Shown here piece by piece: positions 53,758 through 64,000 of a stretch of DNA of 64,000 bases. The DNA is from Chiloscyllium plagiosum (lineage: Eukaryota), in the NCBI RefSeq assembly GCF_004010195.1, contig NC_057749.1, positions 9,832,728-9,896,727 on the forward strand. The letters are read 5' to 3'. The notes beneath the pieces were generated by a model. The model saw nothing but the letters and a program-made list of their open reading frames with translations, was not told the origin of the DNA and made no database searches. The stretch's first letter is position 1. Each line of letters begins with the position of its first letter. The position numbers were made by a program, and so were the translations under genes.

Positions 53758-53967
53758 TTTGGAGGTGGACTGGGGTGTACAAAGTTAAAAATCACAAACA
53801 CCAGGTTATAGTCCAATGGGTTTAATTGGAAGCACTAGCTTTCGGAGCGCTGCTCCTTCATCAGGTGGTTGGGGATGAAGGGTGATGAAGGAGCGTCGCT
53901 CCGAAAGCTAGTGCTTCCAATTAAACCTGTTGGACTATAACCTGGTGTTGTGTGATTTTTAACTTTG
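53758..53967. mobile_element. Fold-back family B element with an HHR on each strand and an 11-bp TSD
   Basis: TSD tacattctgga at 53747-53757 and 53968-53978; near-perfect inverted arms of about 85 bp. Confidence 0.86.
53836..53864 (-). ncRNA. Minimal hammerhead ribozyme motif, family B (intact); a second copy with a mutated core is on + at 53882-53910
   Basis: Reverse complement: cac CTGATGA A GGAGC-AGC-GCTCC GAAA GCTA gtg. Confidence 0.8.
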
Positions 53968-54098
53968 TACATTCTGGAGGTTGATCTGTTTTTAACATTT
54001 TATTCTCAGAATGTGGGGGTGTCACCATCTGGGGTTTAGATCAGAGTGGTGCTGGAAAAGCACAGCAGGTCAGGCAGCATCCGAGGAGCAGGAAAATC

Positions 54099-54126
54099 GA
54101 TGTTTCGGGCAAAAGCCCTTCATCAG
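54099..54126 (-). ncRNA. Hammerhead motif, family A
   Basis: Reverse complement: CTGATGA A GGGC-TTTT-GCCC GAAA CATC. Confidence 0.68.
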
Positions 54127-54254
54127 GAATAGATGTCTGGGTTTATTGCCCATCTCTAGTTGCCCTTTAGAAGGTGCTCATGAGCTGCCTTCTTGAACTG
54201 CTGCCGTCCCTGTGGTGTATGGACATCTACAGGGGTACAGTGCTGTTCGAGACC

Positions 54255-54970
54255 TGGGGGCATACCTCAAAATGAGGGGGAGCAGGTTTTGGACTGAGTT
54301 GAGGAGGAACTTCCTCACCCAGAGGGTTGTGAATCTGTGGAATTCCCTGCCCAGTGAAGCAGTTGAGGCCACCTCATTGAGTGTTTTTTAAGGCAAACGT
54401 AGATTTTTGAACAGTTAAGGGTTATGGTGACCGGGCTGGTAAGTGGAGCTGAGTCCATGAAAAGATCAGATTTACAGGGATGTAGCCAGGATTGGAGGAT
54501 TTGAGCTATAGGGAGAGGCTGAATAGGCTGGATCTGTTTTCCCTGGAGCATCGGAGGATGAGGGGTGACCTTATAGAGGTTTACAAATTTATGAGGGGCA
54601 TGGATAGGATAAATAGGCAAAGTCTTTTCCCTGGGGTTGGGGAGTCCAGAACTAGAGGGGATAGATTTATGGTGAGAGGGGAAAGAGACCTATGGGGCAA
54701 TGTTTTCATGCAGAGGGTGGTACGTGTATGGAATGGGCTGCCAGAGGAAGTGGTCGAGGCTGGTACAATTGCAACATTTAAGAGGCATTTGGATGGGTAT
54801 ATGAATAGGAAGGGTTTGGAGGGATATGGGCCGGGTACTGGCAGGTGGGACTAGATTGGGTTTGGATATCTGGTCGGCATGGACAGGTTGGACCGAAGGG
54901 TCTGTTTCCATGCTGTACATTTCTATGACTCTATTAAATGGTGGAGCAGGCTCGAGGGGCCAGATGGCCT
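54255..54970 (+). mobile_element. Nested CR1 3' ends
   Basis: ORF 54492-54854 EDLSYRERLNRLDLFSLEHRRMRGDLIEVYK, inside an older CR1 tail. Confidence 0.85.
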
Positions 54971-55574
54971 TACTCCTGTTTCTTATTGAGAGAGGCAACT
55001 GGTGGTAGTTTAACCTGAAGGTCAACACCCCTCAGGCGATTGGAGAAGTTGGGAAGGGGAGTCTCTCACGGAAACCTCAGCTTGTTCAGGAATTGAAATC
55101 ACGCTATTATGGGTCACTCTGCATCACAACCAGCCAACTGAACTAGCTGACCCCCTTGAACTTGTGGTGTGGTGGAGGCTGTAATTTTTGGCAGATGCTG
55201 TAAGAGAACCCTTGGTGAGGTGCTGCAGTGCCCCTAGTGGATGGTGTGTGTTGATTGTAGAGGGATAGGATGTTTAATTTGGTGGATGGTGTGTCAATCC
55301 AGCAGTCTGCTTTACTCTTGGTGTTCAGCTCCTTGAGTGTTAATGGAGCTATGTCCATCCAGGCAAGTGGTAAGTATTCTATCACACTCCTGACTCGTAC
55401 CTTGTAGCTGATGATTAGGCTTTGGGGAGTCAGGAGCTCAGTTACTTGCTGCAGGATTCCTGCTCATGTAGGTATGACATTTATATGGCAGGTCCAGTTC
55501 AGTTTCTGGTCAATGGCAACTCCCCAAAATAATGCAGGTTTCAATTATGGCAATGATAGTCAAGAGAGATGGTT

Positions 55575-56815
55575 AGAATATGAAAACAAAAAACACAGTG
55601 TGTCAGGCAGCATCCATGGGGAGAGAACAAGCTAATGTTTTGAGTCTAGGTGACTCTTCATCAGAGCTGATGTGAAGTTAGAGGGGGCAGCATTGATGCG
55701 ATTAGTGCGGGGGTGGTGGAGCTCTGGGGGAGAAAGGATGTTAATAGTGCAGATTAAGTGATTGCATTGTGAGAATGGAAGAACAATGGTGTGTCTAACT
55801 GCCAGACTGGCAGGAACAGACAGTCCCACTGGGGTGGGGGGAGGGGAGAGAGGACATGGTGACAGAGAATGTAACAAGGTTAGCTAAAAGAAAGCAAAAG
55901 AATGGGGGTGGGTTCACAAGGTGAAGGTGTTGAACTCTATATTAAGCCCAAAAGCTGTGAAGTGACTCGTCTGAAGATGAGGTGTTGTTCCTCCAATTGG
56001 TGCTGTGATTCACTGGAACACTGCAGCATGCTGAGGACAGACACATGGGCAGGGCGCTGTTAAGATGACCGGCTATGGGAAGGTGTTCTGTAAAGCGGTC
56101 ACCCAGTCTGTGTTTGGTTTCTCCAGTGTAGAGTAGGCCACATTGGGTGCAGCAAATACAATACATAAGATTGGAGGAGGTACCGGTGAAATATTGCTTC
56201 ACCTGGAAAGACTGTTTAGGCCCTTGGATGGTGAGTAGGGAGGAGGTGAAGGGGCAGGTGTTGCATCTTCGGTGGGAAGGGGTTGGTGTAGGTAGTGAAG
56301 GAATAGACTACGGTGTCCCAGAGGAAACAATCCTTACAAAATACAGATGGGGAGTGAGGGAATGATGTGATTGGTGGTGATGTTCAGCTGGAATTGTCCG
56401 AAATGGTGGAGAGTGATCCTTTTCAATGCGGTAGCTGGTGGGATGAAAAGTCAGGACCATGGGAACCCGATCATACTGTCGTGACTGATGGGAAGGGGCA
56501 AGGATGGAAGCACGGGTGATAGGTCAGATTTGGTTGAGGGCCCTGTTTTAGAAAGTAGCATCATCCGAATATGTATGCTGTTGGTGAAGGAATTGGGGGA
56601 ATGGGATAGAGTCCTTGGAGGTCGCGGGGTGTGACGAGGTATAGTGAGCCTAGATATGGGAGTCAGTGGCTTTGTAGCGGTTGGCACTGGACAGTTTATC
56701 TCCAAAATGGAGAGGGGATGATGGGGAGTGAAGGTGCAGAGGGACTGGACATCCATGGCGAACAGGAGGCAGTTAGGGCTGAGGTATTGGAAATTGTCAA
56801 TATGGTGGACGGCAT
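55575..56815 (-). mobile_element. Decayed Penelope-like element inserted in an old LINE remnant (about 55190-57060)
   Basis: SSNLMYCICCTQCGLLYTGETKHRLGDRFTEHL; degenerate HHR at 55634-55664 (GAAA changed to AAAA). Confidence 0.82.
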
Positions 56816-57261
56816 CAGATGGTTAGATTCTGCCGTCTTGCAGATTGTCATTGCTTACTGCTTTTGTGCTGCAACTTTCCACTTTGCAATTCAGGCCTGA
56901 ATGCCTCCATGACTTGCTGGAGATGGCCATGGACTGTTTCAGTATCTGAGGAGTCGCAAATGCTACTGAACGTTGTGCAGTTGTCAGTGAATACTCCCAC
57001 TTCTGACCTTATGGTGGAAGGCAGGTCATTGATGAAGCAGCTGATGATGGCTGGGCTAACTCATTAACTCACTTATTTACTACATCTTAAAACCAGTTTA
57101 CTCCCATTGGGGAAAGTTTCAAAGATTCTCTGTCAGCGTTGAGTCCTGAGCTTTTGCTTTTAGGAGCAAATTCTACCTGGGTGTTAGCAGTGGCATTGTT
57201 CTTGCAAGTTATAAAATCATCGTTGCTTTTATATCAGAGTTTCTGCCTTTCTGTTAAATAA

Positions 57262-57440
57262 AGAGTCAATAAAGTGTGGAGCTGGAAAAAGCACAGCAGG
57301 TCAAGTGGCATCAGAGGAGCAGCAGAGTCAATGTTTCAGGGCCAGGACACCGGTCCTTTGCTGCTTGACCTGTTGCGCTTTTTCCAGCTCCACACTTTAT
57401 CGACTCTGACTTACCAGAATCTGCAGTCCTCACTAGCTCC
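57262..57440. mobile_element. Fold-back family A-like element (HHR core lost)
   Basis: Arms agagtcaataaagtgtggagctggaaaaagc / gctttttccagctccacactttatcgactct. Confidence 0.72.
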
Positions 57441-57991
57441 GTGACAAATGAACTGACTTTACTTTGGGGATAAAACATCTTGTACCATTATTTTGAAGAA
57501 TAGCAGAGTGAGAGGGGCAGCTGTGGTTGGGGATGGGGGAGGTGGTTGTGTTGATGGTTCTCTTGTGAGTCCTGATCAACATTTATCTTTCATCTTGACG
57601 TTGATTGTCACTGTTAACAGAGGCTGTTCGAGGCCTTGCTGTGTCAACATTGGCTGCTCGGTTTACTGTAGCCCAGCGATCATGGTTCAGAAGTACGTCA
57701 CTGTGTGTTAAGTACATTGAGATATCATGAGAGGTGCTGTAGAAATAGATGCCTATTTTCTTCACTGCTGCTACTGAAGTAAACTTTTATACAAGCACAA
57801 TTGTGCCATTTATATGTCATCATTGTTCTCATTTGACAAACCAACTTTTTTAAAAATTAAAAATGAATGGGAAGTAATCTTCCAACACCATTACCAGTCA
57901 AGCAACGATGCTGGTGTTGCCTAAGGAAGAGATGTTGGGTAACTTTCTGACAGTAGTGCTTATATCATTAGTGCTCTTCGCAGCAGGATAG

Positions 57992-58568
57992 TTAGAACAT
58001 TACATTGCAATACAGGCCCTTCGGCGCTCAATATTGTGCTGACCTGTGAAACCAATCTGAAGCCAATATAACCTGCACTATTCCATTTTCATCCATATTT
58101 TTATCCAATGACCATTTAAATGCCCTTAAAGTTGGCGAGTCTACTATTATTGCAGGCAGGGCATTGCACACCTCTCCTACTCTGAGTAAAGAAATGACCT
58201 TTGCCATCAGTCCTATAACTATCACCCTTCAATTTAAAGCTATGTTCCCTCATGCAAGCCATCACCATCCGAAGAAAAAGGCTCTCACTGTCCACCCTAC
58301 CTAACCCTCTGATTATCTTGTATGTCTCATTTAAGTCACCTCTCAACCTTCTTCTCTCTAATGACAACAGCCTCAAGTCCCTCTGCCTTTCCTCATAAGA
58401 TCTTCCTTCCATACCAGGCAACATCCTAGTAAATCTCCTCTGAATCTTTTCCAAAGCTTCCACATTCTTCCTATAATGCGGTGACCAGAACTGTACACAA
58501 TACTCCAAGTGCGGCCACACCAGAGTTTTGTACAGCTGCAACATGACCTTGTGGCTCCGAAACTCAGG
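57992..58568 (-). mobile_element. CR1 LINE 3' remnant
   Basis: LYKTLVWPHLEYCVQFWSPHYRKNVEALEKIQRRFTRMLPG. Confidence 0.92.
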
Positions 58569-59194
58569 TTGGTATACATGGAGTCACAGAATTATCATGG
58601 TAGAATAGGAGGCCTTTCGATCCATTGTGCGTGCACCGGATCTCTGCTTTCGTTTCTCTGGCATCTCTTAGTTGTCATCTTCTGTGTGTTCATGTGTGTT
58701 TGAGTGACATGCCCGAAGTGTATGTTTTAACCTGCCAAAGGCTCATCAATTTTACTGTTTTCATCTTTCCATCTATCGCGGTGATAGACAAGCCAAATTG
58801 TAGACTCTATAATTGGTGACCTGGAACTTTTCTTTCAAAAGAGCTACTTGACAGTGAGTGGAAAGTTTTTATTTTGCCAAAATACCTGCTCTGTTGTCTT
58901 AATGAAACCTTGTGTGCTGTGAAATGCAGCCTGATTGCAGACTGAGCCTGGGGTAAGTGATAAGATTATAGCCTCAAGGTCCATTTAAAAGCAGGCTGAT
59001 CCATTGTGTCGCCATGGCAATATTGATGTAACATCTTAGTTCAAGATACCAGTAACTACAAAGGGCCTTATCAGGGATTGAACTAGTAAACTACATTTTC
59101 ATTCTTCAATAGAATTTATGTCTCAGCAGGCAAGCCAGCATTTAATGCCTGCCCCTAATTATCCTTAAGAAGGTCAATGTAAATAAAAATTGAG

Positions 59195-59403
59195 AGAACT
59201 GCAGATGCTGTAAATTGGGGACAAAAACAGAAATTGCTGGAAAAACTCAGCAGGTTTGGCAGCATCTGTGGAGAGAAATCAGAGTTAACTTTTCAGGTCC
59301 AGGGACCCTTCCTGAACTGCACTTGACTCAAAATGTTGACTCTGATTTCTCTCCACTGATGCTGCCGGACCTGCTGAGCTTTTCCGGCAATTTCTGTTTT
59401 TGT
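59195..59403. mobile_element. Fold-back element of a related PLE terminal family
   Basis: Arms acaaaaacagaaattgctggaaaaactcagcagg / cctgctgagcttttccggcaatttctgtttttgt. Solo relatives near 32825, 48290 and 49375. Confidence 0.72.
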
Positions 59404-59937
59404 CTCTGAAGGTAATAGCGAATTGATTTCTCGAACTGCAACCCATGCAGTTTGACATTCCTGTATCAGTTTGATACCAATGACTGAGTTGCCTGCTGGA
59501 CCTTTCCAGAGGGTGGTTAAGAGATGACCATGTTGCTTCGGGTCTGGAGTCACATGTAGGCCGGACGACTTAAGAATGGCAGATTTCCTTCCCCAAAGGA
59601 TATCAGTGAACAGGATGGATTTTTGCGACCACCCAATATAGTCACGATTCTTAAGACTGACTTTCAATTCAGATTTATTTATTACTTTTGATTTTGAATT
59701 CTGTCAGTTGTCATGACGGGATTTGACTCCTTGTCCAAGATCATTAGCCTGGCCTCCTGAGTTATTGGTACTGTGATGTTACAACTATGCCACTATATTT
59801 ATGTTCACTGCATCAAGTTGCATTCTAAACTATTAAATTTTGAACCAGTTAGGCAAATGTCACCAGTCACCCTTCTTTGTATAACGTATTAGTTTTAAGG
59901 TAAGGAGCAGTGACCATTTGCTTTTATTCCTTTTCAG

Positions 59938-60092
59938 ATGCCCTTCCCAGCTCTGAACGCATTCGAGTTGTTCCCTCAATGAAAAGCCAAAGTGGATCAG
60001 TTTGGACCAAGAGTAATGCAGCGTTTGAGAACTGGGAAATAGAAGTTTCATTTCGGATAAGTGGCAGGAACAGAATTGGAGCTGATGGATTG
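59938..60092 (+). CDS. LMAN1L: LMAN1L exon 2: (N)ALPSSERIRVVPSMKSQSGSVWTKSNAAFENWEIEVSFRISGRNRIGADGL
   Basis: ttttcag acceptor and gtgtgt donor; 155 bp; in phase with exon 1; GADG lectin motif. Confidence 0.92.
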
Positions 60093-61870
60093 GTGTGTTT
60101 TTCCTTTATTACCAAACATAATCTCTGTAAGAGTTTCCTCGATGTCCATGAGATACAAACAACTTATTGTCACCTGATGCAAAGGGAGTCCGTGACTAGA
60201 CTTAAACAATTGCTCAAAACATTCTCAATTTTGAATTGAATTGGCTTTATTGTCACGTACGCAAATGAGTACAGTGAAAGGTTTTTATAAGCCACTACTA
60301 CCGTGCCATCATATTGTACCTGGGTACCTTTGTACCTGCTCTGTGACAAAATAGAGGAATGAAGAAAAACAAAGTTAGATTGAGCTATGCACAGTATAAC
60401 CATCGGCCAGAAAAACAAGCCAAGTTACAAGATAAACATCTCAGTGCCTCTCTGCAGCAAACCAACACAGGGGGCCTCCACCTGGTCTGATTGCTGTCTG
60501 CTGTCATGCTCCACTCCAGGCCACTGGTTGCCACACTCCGCACAGGGCACTGCCCGTTGGCGCCAATGTTCCAGAGGCCGGGTGGCTGGGGTTGATGGAG
60601 GAAAGAGGCAGAACAGAAGGAAACAAATGGGCAGAGCAGAGGAGCATCTTATTTTGCTGCTGTCTTACTGGGAGATTTGGTGTCTACGAATTCTCTGAAT
60701 AGTTGGTGTTTTTACTCCCCCACACCCATGACTTTGTTTGCATTGTATTACGGAACACGGCTCTCCTAAAATGGGTTAAGCACTTGACTGTGGATGGTGT
60801 ATTATACAAAAGTAAAACAAACACTTTAATTCATACCCTTTGCTAATGTCACAGGAACCGGGTTGAGAAGCAGTTTAAGGTAACTTACTTTCTGCACGCA
60901 CAAATGCATTCCTGAATGAGTGGATGATTGAGCACTCCTCCTACCCAATCAAATGTTGAGCTGAAAAGGATTCAAGATGGTGATGAAATCTTGAAATCTA
61001 TCGCGGTGAACTATGAGTAAGGGACACGCAGTGAATCCCTCTCTCTCTTGAGGGATCTTATGCCATCTTTCTATCAACCTTTTGCCCATCATTCATGTTT
61101 CATCTGGTTCTAAGGGTGTCGGCTGTTTAGCCTATTACTTCAGATTTTGACTCCAGTTTGTGTCTTTTATGAATTTACAGTTTTGAGTTATATCTCCAAT
61201 TGTTTCACATAATTGTAAGAAGTATGCAGTTGTGATGGTGAATATACTTCAACTCACAATAAATCCTGTCAGTTTAAGTTTGCCATCGTTCTACATACAA
61301 TGCTTAGGAGAACGCACCTAAATCAGTTTTCCAAATGACCCTTGTTTTAACAAAAGCAAAGTTCATTGTGTTTTTAAAATGCCATTGACAGTAATTGATT
61401 CAACTCTTTAATAAGTAAACATAACTCCAAAGTATTATCATTGAAAATAAGATGCTTTAATATTGACAACTGTTTGTGTGATGACCTTATTTAATATTGT
61501 GCGTAATCCAATCTTCAGAACCCTGCGAACTTTGTACATTTTATTGCACCTTGAATAAATTAAAGTGGTGCCACATCCTTTAGAGTTTGTTTGCTCATGC
61601 TCACGATGTGAACTAGCATTAGCGGAAGAGGCAATCTCATCTCCAACCTCTGTGTCTGCTCTCTGTGCCCCAGTGGATAGACTAAGGCGACTTTTTATTC
61701 TCCTCCCTTAGTATCCCCCCCATGCTTGTTGGGAGAGAGTGCTGAACATGCAAGGTTCCACAATACAAATGGTGTGAACCTGCTTTATCAGCAAAGGCAG
61801 ACACAAATTGTGATGTATAATGTGAATCCACCTATATGGGCAGATGCTCAATCCTTTCCTGTTATCACAG

Positions 61871-61978
61871 GCCATATGGTATACCAGAGAAAAGGGACCG
61901 ACAGGGCCGGTTTATGGCGCAGTTGATCACTGGGATGGAGTTGGCATCTTCCTTGACACATACGACAATGACGGCAAG
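61871..61978 (+). CDS. LMAN1L: LMAN1L exon 3: AIWYTREKGPTGPVYGAVDHWDGVGIFLDTYDNDGK
   Basis: cacag acceptor and gtaagt donor; 108 bp; Ca2+-binding D-x-x-D-N-D loop. The gene continues beyond the window. Confidence 0.92.
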
Positions 61979-62279
61979 GTAAGTCAGAAAGGTGGTGCTG
62001 CTTGAGTAAAGTGCGTACGTGAAAGTTTGAAGTTAATGACAATCATTGTTTTGCTTTAAATCAGAATGACTGCTACAATAGGGTCATCTTGAATAATGTC
62101 TGCAATCTTTGCAGCCCTATATGCATTCAAGTTGTTTTTGATTATCCTGTCAAAATTAGAATTCAGTGTTCCCATTCTGTTTTTAAAAAAATATTCTTAT
62201 GTGATTATTGCTGTTAAGGCTGGCATTTATTTCCTATTGCTAATTGTCCATGAACTGAGTGGTTTGCCAGGCCATTTCA

Positions 62280-62760
62280 GAGTAGACAAGCAGGAGGCTG
62301 GAAGAACACAGCAAGCCAGGCAGCGTCAGGAGGTGAAATCAATGTTTCGGGTATAACCCTTCTTCAGGAATGGAGGTGGGGATAGGGATATAAAGGAGGG
62401 GTGCTGTTATGCGTGGGGAGAGGGTCAGCATGGTGAGGTAGTGATAGGTGAATAGGGGTGGTTGGTATGTCCTGGTTGGTCAATAGGAGGAATGAATCCA
62501 ATTGGTGGCTGGAAGGAAGGGTCAGTCAGAGGAATGGAAGGGAGGAGGGGGTGGGGGATGGGTGGGAAGGTTATTTGACATTGGAAAACTCAACTTTGAG
62601 TCCTCCAGACTGTAGGCTGCCCAGGCAGAAGATGAGGTGTTGTACCTCCAATTTGTGGTCTGATTCACTGTGGCAGTGGAGGAAGCCGAGGATGGGCATG
62701 TCGGAAAGGGAGTGGGAAGGGGAATTAAAATGGGTGGTGACTGGGAAGTTAGGTTGGCCA
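62280..62760 (-). mobile_element. Decayed PLE 3' remnant
   Basis: Similar to the endonuclease C-terminus at 55575-56200; HHR at 62341. Confidence 0.7.
62341..62367 (-). ncRNA. Hammerhead motif (family A variant with a different stem II)
   Basis: Reverse complement: CTGAAGA A GGGT-TAT-ACCC GAAA CATT, at the end of a PLE remnant. Confidence 0.6.
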
Positions 62761-63269
62761 TTTCAGAGGGCATTTAAAACTCAGCCACTTACCTGTGGAT
62801 CTAGAATCACCTATAGGCCAGACTGGGTAAGGATGGCAGATATTTTTCCCTAAAGGACATTAATGAACCGGATGGGTCTTTACAACAACTGATGGTTGTT
62901 TCAGGATTCCCATTACTGCAGCTCAGGTTTGCTTTGACATCAACTTTGATAATGGATGACATTGCCTTGATGATATTACGAAAAGTGCTACAACCCCCTA
63001 GGGTTTCAGCAATGATGGATTTTCAGCACTACTTGTTAGTGGTGTGTTCCGATCGTAAGATTGCACAATGGTGCTGTTGCCTCTGTAATTGAGTTGAAGA
63101 GTGTGTCTTTACAGCTGCTAATCAGCCTCTGGTGGGCTCTTTCTCACCTGAGATACGGAGACAACAAAAAGTCACTTTCATCAATTCTCTGATGAATCCA
63201 CAGCGTTTAGAATCCTGCTGTAATTTTGGTGCAAACTCCAATTGAATCCTGGCAAATCCGAAAGATTGA

Positions 63270-63710
63270 AGGTCATTGGTGAGGCCTCTTCTGGAGAACT
63301 GTGCCCAGGTCTGGTCACCCAGTTATAAGAAGGATATTGTTAAGCTGAAGTGGGTTTTCAGAAGAGCTTCTCCAGGATAGAACATAGAACATAGAAGAAT
63401 ACAGCGCAGTACAGGCCCTTCGGCCCTCAATGTTGCGCCGATCCAAGCCCACCTAACCTACACTAGCCCACTATCCTCCATATGCCTATCCAATGCCCGC
63501 TTAAATGTCCATAATGAGGGAGAGTCCACCACTGCTACTGGCAGGGCATTCCATGAACTCACGACTCGCTGAGTAAAGAACCTACCCCTAACATCTGTCC
63601 TATACTTACCCCCCCTTAATTTAAATCTATGCCCCCTTGTAATAGCTGACTCCATACATGGAAAAAGATTCTCACAGTCAACCCTATCTAAACCCCTAAT
63701 CATTTTGTAC
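63270..63710. mobile_element. CR1 fragments (+ 63270-63380; - 63380-63710)
   Basis: VYKMIRGLDRVDCENLFP..RFFTQRVVSSWNALP on the minus strand. Confidence 0.82.
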
Positions 63711-63715
63711 ACTGT

Positions 63716-64000
63716 GGGGCGGCACGGTGGCACAGTGGTTAGCACTGCTGCTTCACAGCGCCAGAGACCCGAGTTCAATTCCCGCCTCAGGCGACTGACT
63801 GTGTGGAGTTTGCACATTCTCCCCGTGTCTGCATGGGTTTCCTCCGGGTGCTCTGGTTACCTCCCACAGTCCAAAGATGTGCAGGTCAGGTGAATTGGCC
63901 ATGCTAAATTGCCCGTAGTGTTAGGTAAAAAGGGGTACATGTAGGGGTATGGGTAGGTTGCGCTTCGGCGGGTCGGTGTGGACTTGTTGGGCTGAAGGGC
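63716..64000 (+). mobile_element. Young V-SINE/HE1-like tRNA-derived SINE (runs off the window)
   Basis: ggggcggcacggtggcacagtggttagcactgctg (A box), gagttcaattcc (B box), central gtgtggagtttgcacattctccccgtg. Confidence 0.9.

Noticed and set aside
63716..63790. tRNA gene-like A/B boxes (also at 31427 and 833)
   Set aside because: They continue directly into SINE body sequence, so they are SINE heads and not tRNA genes.

Overview
Vertebrate genomic DNA, most likely a shark or other cartilaginous fish. This is inferred from the V-SINE/HE1-like SINEs, abundant CR1 LINE 3' ends and Penelope-like elements (PLEs). Two + strand genes are present. The first is the last 8 coding exons of CSK (SH2-kinase linker plus the whole kinase domain, 10380-30548), whose second exon in the window ends in a GC donor. 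The second is the first 3 exons of an ERGIC-53-family L-type lectin (53071-61978); by CSK synteny and diagnostic residues it is LMAN1L, yet it keeps the sugar/Ca2+-binding residues. The rest is introns and intergenic DNA dense in retroelements, with two assembly gaps. The most striking unannotated signal is a dispersed system of minimal hammerhead ribozyme (HHR) motifs: CTGAnGA, stem II, GAAA, then a palindromic ACGT/AGCT helix III. They belong to at least three PLE families. They sit at the ends of GIY-YIG/RT-coding PLE remnants and also in short non-coding solo and fold-back units flanked by 9-14 bp target-site duplications (TSDs). Several lie in sense orientation inside CSK introns. Exon, HHR and TSD coordinates were read base by base; repeat boundaries are approximate. 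Human protein comparisons are from memory.
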